A program made the translations under genes and the position numbers. From Octopus sinensis (lineage: Eukaryota), in contig NC_043022.1 of assembly GCF_006345805.1 (NCBI RefSeq), forward strand, positions 24,552,001-24,616,000: a stretch of 64,000 nucleotides of DNA, given 5' to 3'. Within the stretch, counting starts at the first letter, position 1; every line of letters starts with the position of its first letter. This document shows, piece after piece, positions 14,324 to 28,402 of this stretch. The notes under the pieces were generated by a model. The model did not search any database and was not told the DNA's origin. It worked only from the letters and a program-made list of their open reading frames with translations.

Positions 14324-14854
14324 GATATATATATAGTTGTGTCTTTATGTATTTTAGCTTCAGCAATCAAAGATCAATAAAATATGAACTATACTAAACT
14401 TAAATATTGGGGTGAATATGACCAACTAAACATTTGATGGCGGTACCCCAGCAGACTGAAACCAGTAAATACACACACACACACACACACACACTACATA
14501 CACATCGGTATATGTATGGAGTGTAAATAAATTTATTTAATAAATTTCAAAGTACTGGAAAAAGTGCCTGAGTTTCTTTGGAGTTTTTTTTTCCATAAAG
14601 CTAATTAAAATTATTATTGTTATTATTATTATTATTAAGATGATGAGCTGGCAGAATCATTGCAGCAACAGGCAAAACACTTAGTGGCTTCTCTTCTGGC
14701 TTTACATATTCTGAGTTCAGATGTTGAGGCCCATTTTGCCTTTCGGTAAGTAACAGTTGAGTATTGGGGCTGATGTAATCAACAACACCTCCATGCACAC
14801 ACACAATTAATTTCAGGCTTTTTGCCTATAGCTGAAAGGATGACGATGACTACA

Positions 14855-14884
<30 letters not shown>

Positions 14885-14885
<1 letters not shown>

Positions 14886-15300
14886 ATTTCTTTACTGCCC
14901 ACAAGGGGCTACACACAGAGGGGACAAACAAGGACAGACAAACGGATTAAGTCGATTGCATCGACCCCAGTGCGTAGCTAGTACTTAATTTATCGATCTC
15001 GAAAGGATGAAAGGCTAAGTTGACCTCGGCGGAATTTGAACTCAGAACGTAATGGCAGACAAATTACCTATTTCTTTATTACCAACAAGGGGCACAGCAT
15101 AGAGGGGACGAACAAGGACAGACATAGGTATTAAGTCGATTACGTCAACCCCAGTGCGTAACTGGTACTTAATTTATCGACCCCAAAAGGATGAAAGGCA
15201 AAGTCGACCTTGGCGAAATTTGAACTCAGAACGTAACTGCAGACGAAATATGGCTACGCATTTCGCACGGCGTGGTAACGTTTCTGCTAGCTCGCCACCT
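14885..15300 (-). mobile_element. Two tandem SINE family B copies (14885-15062, 15066-15300)
   Basis: A 5'-truncated copy followed by a full copy. Confidence 0.85.
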
Positions 15301-15816
15301 TACTACTACTACAAATAATAATAATAATGATAATATTACTACTACTGCTACAAGTAGAGACCAGTATTAAAACGAATTAAGTGTAGGAAAATTTGCAAAA
15401 AGGGGATTGTGATAAAAGTTGTTTTCTGTGAAAGTTATTTACATCATAATTATCTAACTGAAGAATCTGATGGAAGAATTTCAAAATTCTGAAGGTTTGT
15501 TGCTGAGTAACTGCTAAATTAGATAAAAGAAACAACTCGCGTGTTCTCAAAACAATAATAAATTCAAAAGGTAAAGGTTGCGTTTAAGAGAAAAAGTGTG
15601 TCATATGGCAATGTGTTAAGAAAGCTGTGTTATAAGATTGGAGCAGATAAGTGTGCAGATTGTTGCATATTCAAAGAGAGAATTAAAAGGAATTGCATAT
15701 ATAATTATAGTTAAGACCGTTCGTTATTTATTTTATTAATTTGAAGTTTTTGAAGGAATATTTTCAATGTGCATTACAGAGTATGTACAGGAGTTCAGAT
15801 GTGAAACCAAAAACAC

Positions 15817-16325
15817 TTCTTTTATCTTTCACTGTTTCAGTCATTACACTGCGGTCATGCTGGGGCACCCACCTTGAAGAGATTTTAGTTGAATGAATCA
15901 ACCTTAGTACTTTTTTTTGAAGCCTAGGCTTCTTACAGTTTCCGCCCACCAAATCCACTCACAAAATTTTGGTAGGCCCAAGGCTATAGTAGAAGATACT
16001 TGCCCAAGGTGCCACACAGTGGGACTGAACCCAGAACCATGTGGTTGGGAAGCATGCTTCTTACCACACATATTTCTTTATTGCCCACAAGGGGCTAAAC
16101 ATAGAGGGAACAAACAAGGACAGGCAGAGGGATTATGTCGATTACATCGACCCCAGTGCGTAACTGGTACTTATTTAATTGACCCCGAAAGAATGAAAGG
16201 CAAAGTCGACCTCGGCAGAATTTGAACTCAGAACGTAGCGGCAGACGAACTACTGGTAAGCATTTCACCCGGCATGCTAACATTTCTGCCAGCTCACCAC
16301 CTTACCACACAGCCACACCTATGCC
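15817..16325 (-). mobile_element. SINE family A interrupted by SINE B (16071-16300)
   Basis: 11-bp target duplication CTTACCACACA at 16060-16070 and 16301-16311. Confidence 0.8.
16071..16300 (-). mobile_element. SINE family B
   Basis: Full length, with target duplication. Confidence 0.9.
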
Positions 16326-16343
16326 TACTTGTATAGACATATA

Positions 16344-16575
16344 GGCGGCAAGCTGGCAGAATCGTTAGCACGCCGGGTGAAATGCTTAGCAGTATTTTGT
16401 CTGCCGCTACGTTCAGAGTTCAAGTTCTGCCGAGGTCGACTTTACCTTTCATCCTTTCGGGGTCGATAAACTAAGTACCAGTTACGCACTGGGGTCGACA
16501 TAATCGATTTAATCCGTTTCTCTGTCCTTGTTTGTCCCCTCTGTGTTTAGCCCCTCGTGGGTAGTGAAGAAATAG
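16344..16575 (+). mobile_element. SINE family B
   Basis: Full length; 14-bp duplication GTATAGACATATAG at 16331-16344 and 16576-16589. Confidence 0.9.
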
Positions 16576-17279
16576 GTATAGACATATAGAAAATGGAATA
16601 CAGAATGAATACAAAATACAATAATCTTATTGTAGCACTTACAGATTTCTTATGTCACTTGCATACATAACCACATGTTGCCTGCCCCTGTCCACTCAGT
16701 CACCTTTTTGCTGGTGAGGAATTGCCTTTTTTTTTTTCAAAGTCAGGATGTCAGCACTAAGGGAGCTTCATTCTAGTGGCACTCTGCATTGCAATAAGCA
16801 GAGAGGATACGCTCAGCTGTTTATTACAGCTGGTTGTATTATGTTCCGATGGGATTAAGACAACGCAAAAACAAACTGTGTTAAATACGCTGCACTGACA
16901 AAAGACAGATTCTTCGGAATGAAAGCCGTATGAGCAAAACAGCCACTGCTGAGCTAATCGCATAATTATAAACCGAGACCGGGGTTTTTATAGAGAAGAT
17001 ATTGGAAAGATCAATAGTAATAAATATATAAAAAAAGAAAAGAAAAGAAAAAGCAGAATCAATAAAAAAACAAACAAAAAAACTCAGGGAGCGGGGTAAG
17101 ACGGGACGAGAAGAGCAAAATCAATCAACATTAATGTTGTCCAAATACAGAGAAAATAAATCTAACACTTAATGCTAACAGCTAAATTTTAACTCAAACA
17201 ATAAGCTTTTCATTTTGTCTATCACAATCAGAATCAAATTTGTCTGTATCAATAGTGTGTGTACGTGTGTTAGTGTATG

Positions 17280-17909
17280 CACATATATATATGTACATAT
17301 ATATTATATATATACATATATATATATACACACATATATATATACACACATATATATATATACACACATATATATATACACACATATATATATACATATA
17401 TATATATACACACATATATATATACATATATATATACACACATATATATACATATATATATACACACATATATATACACATATACATATATATACATATA
17501 TATATACCCATATACATATATATATATGCACACATATATATATATATATATATACATATATATATACACAAATATATATATACATATATATATACATACA
17601 TATATACATATATATATACACACATATATATATATACATATATATATACACACACATATATATACACATATATATATACATACATATATATATACATACA
17701 TATATATATACATACATACATATATACATACATACATATATACATACATACATATATACATACATATATATATACATACATACATATATACATACATACA
17801 TATATATATATACACACACACTCACACATATATATATATATATACATATGTATGTATGTATATATGTATGTATATATATATACACACACTCACATACATA
17901 TATATATAT

Positions 17910-17950
<41 letters not shown>
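17280..17950. repeat. Long compound (TA/CA/TACA)n microsatellite
   Basis: Direct reading; source of six overlapping Y/I/H ORFs. Confidence 0.95.
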
Positions 17951-17952
<2 letters not shown>

Positions 17953-18718
17953 GGTAGGTATTGTCATGAAGTTAAAATTCTGAATTCATCATCTATTAAT
18001 GAAACAATTTGATAGATGTACATCACAGACGCAGACATTTTAAGAGCCAAGACATTTAAACTGGACACTGTACGGACAACAGTCGCACAGTATCATTATG
18101 AGAGATAGAGTGTATGGCTTTGAAAAGCATGTGGAGATATCATCAAATTCTGATGGCATTCTTCAGATGTTAAGTGATATCCTCAAATGAAAGCATCTTC
18201 ACAGTTAAACTGTTCATCATGGCAGAGTTGCCAAATAGTATTTGTTTTCTGTCACAGTTTCAAATAAAATCATTACATTAATGTATTTTCAAAGTCTATT
18301 CAAGTGCTGATTATGTCAGTATACAATTTAACACTGACCATCAAAATGCTATGAACATGAGTCACAAAGATGGCTGCGGTGTTGTGGTTTTAAGCTTGTA
18401 GAAATAGCAGCCAAATCTCATTCAACCATCATAAAAAAAAAAGGAAAGGACAAGTTAGATCGCTATCTTCTTTCATATCTTTTACTTGTTTCAGTTTTTA
18501 GACCATGACCATGTTGGGGCACCACCTTAAAGGGTTCAGTTGAACAAACTGGTCCCAGTCCTTGCAAGCCTGGTACAACTTCTGTCGGTCTCTTTTGCCA
18601 AACCATCAAACCAACACCAAATGGTAGTGGTGTTGGGAGAACAAACACTATATATATATATATATATATAATATACCATCAAACCAACACCAAATGGTAG
18701 TGGTGTTGGGAGAACAAA

Positions 18719-18754
<36 letters not shown>

Positions 18755-19514
18755 CAGATTTGGTAAATACTTAGTCTCTTCACTCATCACTCACAGAAAT
18801 ATTATTATTATTATTATATTATTATTATCATTATTATTATTATTATTATTATTATCATTTTATTATTATTATTATTATTATCATTATTATTATTATATAG
18901 CTTTGTACACAAAAATAAAATAAAACTAAGTGATGTTGAATTGGCACCAACACAAGTATGTACTCAGTAATAACCAGGTATGCACTCAATGATAAGCAGG
19001 AAAATAACCAACAGAAAGTGGAGAAAAGATTAGAGATTCTTTTTTTTTCTTTTTCATATATATGTTTTATGGATGTCTGAGCCAATGAGGATGTCTCTAG
19101 GGGAGGTTGCTTGACCTGTTAAAAAGAACATCCAAATCTCCCTCAAATCACACTCTACAGACATAAGTATCTTTTACTTCTTTCAGTCATTAGACTGTGG
19201 CCATGCTGGGACGCCACCTTGAAGGGTTTAGTCAAACAAATCGACTCGAGTACTTATTTTTAAGCTTAGTACTTAATCTATTAGTCTCGCTTTGCCATGC
19301 AAGGGGACTGAACCAAGAACCATACGGTTGGGAAGCAAACTTCTTACCAAACTACAAAAAAAAAACCAAAAAAAAAACCACATTGGATAATGTAGTCCTA
19401 GATACTATACTTCAGAAACTGAGTGAATGGTCATAGATGGATGGTCACAGAGGCTCAAAAACAATGTCTATTTTATCTACACTCTATAGATGAAAAGTTG
19501 CTTAATCTCAAAAG

Positions 19515-19804
19515 TTAGGAGACATAAACACACCAATACCAGTTGTCAAGCAGTAGTGGGGGACAAACACAGACACACACACACATATATATACACACAT
19601 ACACACACATATATATATATACACATACACACACATATATATATACACATACACACATATATATACATATATATATATGTATATACACAAATATATATAT
19701 ATATATATATACACAAATATATATATATATACACATACACAAATATATATATATATACACACACAAATATATATATATACACACAACACACACACACACA
19801 CACA

Positions 19805-19841
<37 letters not shown>

Positions 19842-19850
19842 TATATATAT

Positions 19851-19887
<37 letters not shown>

Positions 19888-19998
19888 CACACACACAATG
19901 GGCTTCTTTCAGTTTCCATCTATCAGATCCACATATAAGGCTTTGGTCAGCCTGAGGCTATAGTAGAAGACATTTGCTCAAGGTGCCACACAAAGGGA
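19515..19998 (-). mobile_element. SINE family A with expanded internal microsatellite
   Basis: Family A segments flank a ~300 bp CA/TA tract. Confidence 0.7.
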
Positions 19999-20368
19999 CA
20001 TTGTTTCTTTTAGGTCCACTAACTTAGCAGTTGAACAAAAAGATTGGTCAGATAAGTTCCAGGTTGAATAAGCATTTTGGGTGGGGGGGATGCCCCAGCA
20101 TGGCCACAGTCCAATGATTGAAACCAATAAATGCATATTTGAAAATAAAAAAAAAATTCTCTATTTTAATTAAAGTGGGTTACACTACACAGGACAAAAG
20201 AGAAAGAGAGGTCGGGGTGGTCACAACTGGATTTAACTTAGATGACCTATCATCTTGATCAGTAATCAAGTAGACAGTTAACAACTAAATCTATAACAAA
20301 TACATAACACTATCAATATTTCTCATTTTCAGTGCCATTTTCTGTTCTGAAAAGAGAGGCAGACAGAC

Positions 20369-20406
<38 letters not shown>

Positions 20407-21339
20407 ACACATACGCACACAAACTAATAGCATATGACCTTTTTAATACAAACCGACCTCTCAGTCCTATCTATGATACAAGCTTTCCATTTTAAAGAGA
20501 CTGAAATTAAAACCTTCCATCAAAATTTCATGCTAATTTGTATTCCAAACACCAGCTTAATGACAAAATTAGTTTTACTAAAATTCTTCATTATTTTTCG
20601 AAATTAATTGAGACAAAGGCAATATATTTCAATAGAAACGTGGTAATAAAAGGTTACAGAAGTTATAATAGTTTAAAACAGTTATGTTAAATAGAACAAT
20701 CTCTCATTTTGGATGAACATTTTACCAGAAATAATACAATGAATTAGTATAACAAAATGGAACATCAAAATAGCAGATAATTTAAGAACACATTGAATTA
20801 AAACCTACTGCTAAAACTTTGCCCCAAGCTAAACAGTATATTAATTTAACTTAGCCAGACAGGAATAATAGTGATTCTAAACAATTTTAGTTAAAGCCGT
20901 GTGTATGTAGATATGTCAGCATAGCTATCGGTTAATATATAATGCAAGCATGAGCGTAGTGTAGTGTAGTGTGTGTGTGTATGTATGTATATATATAAAA
21001 TGTATATGTAAGCATGTGTATGTCTGTGTGTGCATATATATATATAAAAAAATGCATATGTAAGCATATGTATGTCAGCGTGTGCATATATATATATATG
21101 TATATATGTGCATGTGTGTGCATACATACAGCAAAATACATGCAAACACATACACACACACACACGCACATTTGAGTATATGGATGACAATGTCAGAAAA
21201 AAATTTTAAAACCTCGATATCAGTAAATAGTGGAACTAATTTATTTCTTCAGAAGTGAGGATTTACTCCGCTGCTAAAGCATGTTGCTTGATCAGATGAC
21301 AATATGAATATAATAAGTAAAGATGTATGGAGAGCAAAA

Positions 21340-21690
21340 TAGACAGGCAGATATGGGTTTCTATGAAGAGGGAAAAACATTGATTAGCTCCAACACAAAG
21401 GACCATGGTAAGATCCATGCTAGGAATATCATTGCAAGAGCATATTCAAAATGAGGTAATCCAAGAATGGATCGGAGCAAATGATGTGATTACAGAATAC
21501 CAAAAGCACAAATTCTGTAGGGCTGGACATGTTAAGGCTCTCAGACAAATGAACCCATGCAGTTGTTAAATGGTATCCAAGAGATCACAAAAGGCCACTT
21601 GGAAGGCCTCAATGATTACAAAAAGATGATTTAGTTAAACAATTTGGGCCAAGATGAAAAAGAATGGTACAACCTAGAAAGAACTGAAAG
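21340..21690 (+). mobile_element. RTE-clade LINE ORF2 C-terminal remnant
   Basis: TMVRSMLGISLQEHIQNEVI..AGHV..KWYPRDHKRPLGRP..KDDLVKQFGPR, with stops and frameshifts. Confidence 0.7.
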
Positions 21691-21964
21691 TGTACTGTGA
21701 TCAGTGATATATAACATCTGGTTGATCTATGTATCATTCGTTATACACAGCATTTATATTCAAGCTACAATTAGCTTCATGCTATGGAAACACAATATTC
21801 TTACAAGTATGAATAGCATACATGTGCTTCCAAGCAATCTTTCTGACTCAAGTATATAACATATATATAACTGAATCTGAAGGATTGCTTGAAAGCACAC
21901 GATATGCCATACCAGCTTGTCATACTATACATTTGAAGAGCATGAAATTAACACTAGCTCGAAT

Positions 21965-22378
21965 GGATCTTTTCGGTTTGAATGGCAGTTTTTAACATAA
22001 TTTCTAGGTAACTAAAAAAATTTTAAACTTTGTATACTGGTAGAATGTGTTTATAAAACATCTTTTTCTCTTGGCTTTATTGAGAAAATTCTATAGTTTC
22101 TAAGATATTTGTTGTTTTTTTTCTTCAATTTCTGCAATTTCAACCAATCAATGACGTCCATTGAGCTAAAAAACCATTCTGTGCCGTATGAATATGTCCC
22201 TCGTTTAAGAAACAGATTGGGTTTATTTACATTTTGTGAAGAAAAAAAGATACCCTTCCCCCCACCCCTAACCCTAAAACAGATTGAAATGCAATAGATC
22301 GCTACTAGGGTCATAATTATCGGTGACAATTTCATATGACACCGCTAGAAAAAACTGCCGTTCAAACTGAAAAGATCC
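21965..22378. mobile_element. MITE (~410 bp) with ~30-bp TIRs
   Basis: GGATCTTTTCGGTTTGAATGGCAGTTTTT ... AAAAAACTGCCGTTCAAACTGAAAAGATCC; second copy at 59434-59844. Confidence 0.85.
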
Positions 22379-23044
22379 GCTTGAACATAAATCTTGTGTA
22401 TAATAAATGACAGTTACCTCTCACTAGAGGGAGTACATTTTCTGTGGATCCAACCAATAATGGAACAGAAAGTTATATATATATATATAATATTATATTA
22501 TATTAATGTTTGTTTTTATGTTCAGTCATAATTAAACCATTTTACATTAATCTGATGGATTCCTCTATACCTTTGTAGAGTACAAATTTATTATTCTTAT
22601 ACAAGAATGTTACTGACAGTGACTTTGAAGTCTCGGCCAGCTAAGCCGTTATCAGACAGTCTGGTAATGTCTCAGCTGGGAAAAACTTTGAAGTCACTAT
22701 CAATAATATTCTCAAATAAGAATGGTGTGTGTGGGGGAGGGGGAATAAGTCAACAAAAATATAATAGAATTGTGTGTGAAAATATCTCCACTTACTTGAA
22801 GAATTCTAAACAATTGAAAATTACTCACAACTAAAGTGTCACAAGTTGCATATGGTATTGTGGTATGAATTGTTTGAAAAATAAATCCAATGAAAATCCA
22901 ATGCCAAACGACTTACCTAAAATGAAACAGAAGAAATAATTGGATTAGTTAGGAATTAAAAAAAAAAACAAAAACAAAACAAAGAAAATATAAGAAAATC
23001 ACACAAATTAATAAATATCAATTACAGAAAAATACAATCTTTTA

Positions 23045-23370
23045 TCGTTATCTTTTACCTGTTCCAATCATTGGACTGCAGTTATACTGAAGGGGCAGAC
23101 AAACTGATGGTGTTTATTCTATCAGTCTCTTCTGTTGAACCCCTAAGCTACAGAGACATAAATAAACCAGTTCTGGTTGTCAAGTGGTGGTGGTGGAGTA
23201 CAAACACAAACACACACGAATATACATAACAGTCTTCTTTCAGTGTCTGCCAACCAAATCCACTAAGGTTTTGGACAGGCTATAGTAGAAATCATTTGCT
23301 CAAGGTGCCACACAATTTGGTTGAATCTGGAACTATGTGGTTGAAAAGCAAACTTCTTACCACACAGGCA
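23045..23370 (-). mobile_element. SINE family A, diverged
   Basis: Recognisable family A head and tail. Confidence 0.65.
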
Positions 23371-23503
23371 CAAATAATATATCAAAATATTGCTTTAGAG
23401 TAACCTTCAATGGTTAGAAAGGTGACAAAGATCATTCCTTACATGTCACTGCTTAGCAAATCTTGAAGACAAAAGAGGCCAAAAGAATAAAAATCAGTCT
23501 TAA

Positions 23504-23720
23504 CCCTTTAGAATTCAGATTATTCCGTCAAATGTAATGCACATTTATTCATGTTGTTTTCAATCAGGAATTATCCTGTAGCTTTGGGATTCCAATGATG
23601 TGATTATTTATGCTTTGAGTGACATTGTCAGGAAGGTTTGAAAGGCTTGATATGGCCAGTTTAAACAGGGAGCAGATATAATATTTTGAACAGGATATAG
23701 CCCGTTTAAATGCTAATGGG
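23504..23720. mobile_element. piggyBac-type MITE (family 1)
   Basis: TTAA|CCCTTTAG ... CTAATGGG|TTAA termini. Confidence 0.7.
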
Positions 23721-24774
23721 TTAAAAAAAAAACAAATGTACTGGAGTCAGCTATTCAACTAAATGCTTTAAAATGGTGCCCCAGTATGGCCACATTCTAA
23801 CATTTAATGACTGTGTTACTAGGAGTAACACAAGTTGCTAAATATAGCACTTAATCACAAGATTTTTCTGTCTCAAGAAAAAAAAAGAAAAAGAAAAAAG
23901 GGAATGATATAGTGAAGGAGGCAGTCTTATATAAACAAGATGATGGAGATGGTGTCATCTCAGTTGGAAATGTGTTTGATCGCAAGTCTACTTGATCAGG
24001 GTTGACCAGAGGCTAATCAACAGCAACATATTAAATAACTGGACAAAAGAAAGATGTCAATTTATCCGATCAATATCAACGATATTACAGGATATTAATT
24101 AGTTTTGAAAATAGCACCCAAGTATTTGGATATCGTAATTACACAGTGGCGAGATAACACTAGAGCTGAAACATCATTTCCTGCCCAAAAGCTATCCAGA
24201 AACTTTCCTAATAATTCCACTCAGCATTCCTCTGTAGGAAGTATAGTGAAGGCGGTAAACTGTTGAAAAGATGTCAAGACCTTTAAGAAATGGGAGCAGA
24301 AGAAAACAGAGAGAGAGAGAGAGAATTTATCGTGTGACAGTAAGGAATTGAACTGTTTGTTAATAAGAAGCTGGAATGCGTGAAACCACTGCTTTTTAAC
24401 TAAATTAAGAGGAACTACAATAATTAAAAAAAAATTTTTTAATGATGCAAACCAAGCAAAGATTCAGTTCCGGATGAGAAAACTAAGATTTGGAAAAGAG
24501 AACAACTTGATTTTGTTATAGTAGACTAAGATAATTAGGAGAGGGAGAGCAAAGAAAAAAGGAGGTTGTGCCTTTCTTAAGGACCCCCTTAGCAAGGCAA
24601 ATGAAATTAGATGATTCATACATGGAATGGAAACTCTGAAATTCTATAGCAGAGGACATGGGACCCCATGACATAGTAATACAATAAATTAAATGATACT
24701 ATAATTATATTACCTTACATTATATAAGAAAATGAGATGACAAAGAAATAAATGATTATCTTATGAACTTCAAT

Positions 24775-24825
24775 AGCTCACAGCTGTTTCTGCTATAAGA
24801 TACACCTTATAGCTTTGTCAGAGCC
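24775..24825 (-). ncRNA. Degenerate type I hammerhead-like motif
   Basis: GGCU CUGACAA A GCUAUAAG GUGUAU CUUAUAGC A GAAA CAGCUG U G AGCU: 8-bp stem II and palindromic ACAGCUGU helix III, but G8A and a non-H cleavage base. Confidence 0.55.
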
Positions 24826-25365
24826 TCAAATATGAAGTGCAATTTATTTGGGTCCTTTGTCATCTCATTTTCTTCTTACCACTCTTGACTTGACTAACAC
24901 ATCATTCAGAAGCATACGTATATAGGGTTCTACACCAGATTATTAGTATGGTAATGCACAAGTGAAATATTGAAATACAAAAACCCCCCATCCGGAAGAG
25001 CTCTAACAACTTCCTATGACACTGAAAAAAATTATATTATACATGTGTATACTAACAAAAAAAAATATTATGTGGCTTGCATTTCATGCACTAACCTACT
25101 TCATGGTTCAGTGCCAATCACTTAGCCACAGTGAATACATGAATGGAGTGTGAAACATACGAGTGAACTCTAACTTTTGGTTACATATTGTGAGAATGAA
25201 TTTTCACACACATCATAAAAGGACCTACTCTATATTATGTATAGAATTCTACTTGTATAACTATGTATACTCTGTGTGTGTGTGTGTGTAGATAGCTAAT
25301 AACTAAAAGTATCAAGGGTAATAAGAAATATTAAAAATTAGAATGCATAAGCACAGGACTTATCG

Positions 25366-25689
25366 GTCGGTCGGGACTCCCTTCGGTCACCTAGAAAGTT
25401 AACCTCCTAGCCACAAGTCTGGGCAAGGTGGTTTGTGGAAGATTAGCAGTCGCCCATGCATACCGGCCTCCCCTCTTCATGCCACCAGTGTTATCCAAGG
25501 GAAAGGCAGTAGCCGATACAGCTTGGCACCCATGACGTCGCAACTCATTTCTACAGCTGAGTTAACTGGAGCAACGTGAAATAAAGTGTCTTGCTCAAGA
25601 ACACAACACGTAGCCCGGTCTGGGATTCGAGCTCACAACCTCATGATCGTAAGCTCGACGCTCTAACTACTGAGCCATGCGCCTTCACA
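25366..25689 (-). mobile_element. tRNA-derived CORE-like SINE
   Basis: A box TGGCTCAGTAG, GCTCGAATCCC, then GTTCTTGAGCAAGACACTTTA CORE-like segment; a diverged relative lies at ~35780-35975 (-). Confidence 0.8.
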
Positions 25690-25736
25690 TGGCATATACT
25701 GGATTGCCTTGTGTATATATGTTTAATCTAAGGTGT

Positions 25737-25808
25737 ATCTTCTGAAGAAGACTTCACCTAGCAAATTATTTTATTTGCGAAAGAAAGTCTGAAACCATGG
25801 TTCAGGAT
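25737..25808 (+). ncRNA. Type I hammerhead-like motif with extended stem II
   Basis: AUCUU CUGAAGA AGACUU [loop with GCAAAU/AUUUGC hairpin] AAGUCU GAAA CCAUGG U U CAGGAU: core intact, palindromic ACCAUGGU helix III, first stem I pair mismatched. Confidence 0.55.
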
Positions 25809-27075
25809 TTAGATGGTAATGTTCGTATTTTTCATTCCCTTCGAAGTTTTATCCCTAATAGTGGTTTGGAATTTAACTGTTCTGTCTAGCATGCAAGGAG
25901 TCCTATGATGGATGCTTCTTATGTGTTTAAATGTACACTGTATTTATATATAGATAGCTAGTTAAATAGAATGTTAGTTAAACAAATAGAGAGAGAGAGA
26001 GAGAGAAGAGAGAGAGAGACTGAGAGATCATGCGTGTGTGCATGCGTGCACATAAATGCACACACACGTCATCACCATTCTTAAGAATATCAGTAATGTC
26101 ATATACGTCACAGGGAGCAAGGGAAAATATTAGGTACATTAGTACTAAACACACACCACACACACACACACAGTGCTAGGCCCTATCATAATTTATTAGT
26201 GTTGTGTTTGATAACTGTCAGTGCTTTATTTAAAGACTACCACTGTTTGACATCCTCCTCCTCCTCCTGCTCCCCATTCTCTCAATTTCTCAAAACAATT
26301 TTGAGGAAGGAAACTAAAAACGCCCCCCTCCACAGAAAAAACTGAATAGATTCTATGAGATTAATAATAACAAACCATGAATATTTGAAGAGAGTTCTTG
26401 CTGCTGTGGTGGCAGTAGTGATGGTGGCAATAATGACGATGATGATGATGATGACTTTATTAACAATTAGATTTATTGGATTTTGACAGTTACTTTCTGT
26501 TGAATTACTACCAACAAGTCAACAGTTTAGCCAGATATTTTAAACTGGTCTATCTTGCTAATAACATGTGCAATAAATAAGCAAACTCCAGAACCCTGCC
26601 CCCTATCCACACCCTCACCTTGCAACAGCTGTATGAACAACAACAACAACAGCAGCAACAACACCACCACCAACAACAACAAACACTACCCCTACCAACA
26701 GCCAGCAACATCAACAGAACAACAGGCACTGCCACCAACAACACCACCACCACCCACCATCAAACACTATCCATTCCAACAGATACCACCATCACAGTCG
26801 CCACAAAAACATTTGCCACCGCCGCAACAATAACAACAACCACCACGCCTTATTTTGTTGTTCTCTCTACACAAGGAAATGCTAACATGTAAATTTATTG
26901 TTGAGAACAGACCAATGCTATAACACAATAAATCTCCCGGAGGAGAAAGTTTTAGAGTTCATTCCAACAGAAGAGAAATATGGTAACTAGATCTTAATAA
27001 GTCATTGATCACTACTGATGGTACAACAGACAGCCAAATCAAGTTCTAAAACAAGCCTGGCATTTTTCTCCTTAA

Positions 27076-27495
27076 CCCTTTGGCATTTAACCCTTTCATT
27101 ACCAACCCGGCTGAAACCACCTCTGCCTCTGAGTACAAATATCTTGTTTTTGTAAGTTTTAAATAAAAATCTTCCACCAAGCCTTAGTCACAATTTATGT
27201 CCCTGACACTAGCTTAATGATAACTAAGTTATTTTACTAAATTCTTTGTTATATTTAAAATTAATTGAAAGAAACACAGAACATCTCAAAATAAATGCAG
27301 TAACGAAAGTATTAAACTGGCCATATCTGGCCCAAATATTCTACTTGTTTTATCGTTCAAACTGGCCAGATCTAACCTCTCACACCTATCCTACAATGTT
27401 ATTCTAAAAAATCCAACCACATCATCAAAATCTCAAAACCACAATGTGAATAAATAAAGCATTACATTCAACAAAATAATCCGAATGTTGAAGGG
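27076..27495. mobile_element. piggyBac-type MITE family 1 with a family 2 MITE nested at a TTAA (27091-27311)
   Basis: Outer TTAA|CCCTTTGGCAT; inner element bounded by TTAA at 27087-27090 and 27312-27315; outer resumes ACTGGCCATATC and ends AAGGG at 27495. Confidence 0.7.
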
Positions 27496-28402
27496 TTAGA
27501 CCAGCCATAGCTGGCAAAAGTACTCTGCCTGTTATATATTTCTTTACTACCCACAAGGGGCTAAACACAGAGGGGACAAACAAGGACAGACAAACAGATT
27601 AAGTCGATTATATCAACCCCAGTGCGTAACTGGTACTTAATTTATCGAACCCGAAAGGATGAAAAGCAAAGTCAATCCGAAGCTTTAGTAGAAGACACTT
27701 GCCCAAGGTGCCATGCATGGAACTGAACCCATGACCATGTAGTTCGTAAGCAAGTTAGTTACCACACAGCCACTCCTGCACCTAGATTGATTGTAGAAGT
27801 ACAATCAATTTATTGCAACATAAATTTTTACAAGTAAATCATATATGGACCCCCCACCCCACCCAAGGACCATATGGATCCCAGATGAGAACTACTGTAT
27901 TGATGGAATGAATCTTTTAGAAAGGAACAAGCATAAAATGGTTTTCATTGTATGTAAACTACTTTTGACAAATAAAAACAGTAACAACAAATAAAGATGT
28001 TTTTAAAAAATAGCTGAGCTGGAAATAATGATGTATGGTTATTTTTATTGATACAAATCTTGGAACCTCAACAAGTTAAATTATAGCTTTTGAATACATA
28101 CAGACTAGACTGGTTATTATTATATATTACATAAATATTGACTGATATTGGGAGATGAACTTGGTGGTTAAACGATATACAGACATTTTTCTCATTAACC
28201 TTATTACATGTTTTACATACGGTTTTCATGAAAAGATCTCTTTCTTATTTCTTCTGAAACTGGTTTCAAATTTTGGCACAAGGTTAGCAATTTTGGAGGA
28301 GGGATAAGTCGATTACATCAACCTCAGTGCAAGAGTAATTCAGATTCATGTAAATATGAAAGCATTGCATTTTATAAAGTCATCTGGATACTAAAGGGTT
28401 AA

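Noticed and set aside
17194-18012. Overlapping 180-265 aa ORFs rich in Y/I/H/T/C/V/M
   Set aside because: Translations of TA/CA microsatellite that lacks stops in several frames. The same applies to ORFs at 796-1343, 3925-4795, 7998-8526, 19490-19963, 46041-46538 and 48689-49523.
18030-18220. Possible RT fragment on the minus strand (VQFKCLGS resembling FKYLGS)
   Set aside because: Single short motif in heavily interrupted frames; not enough to call.
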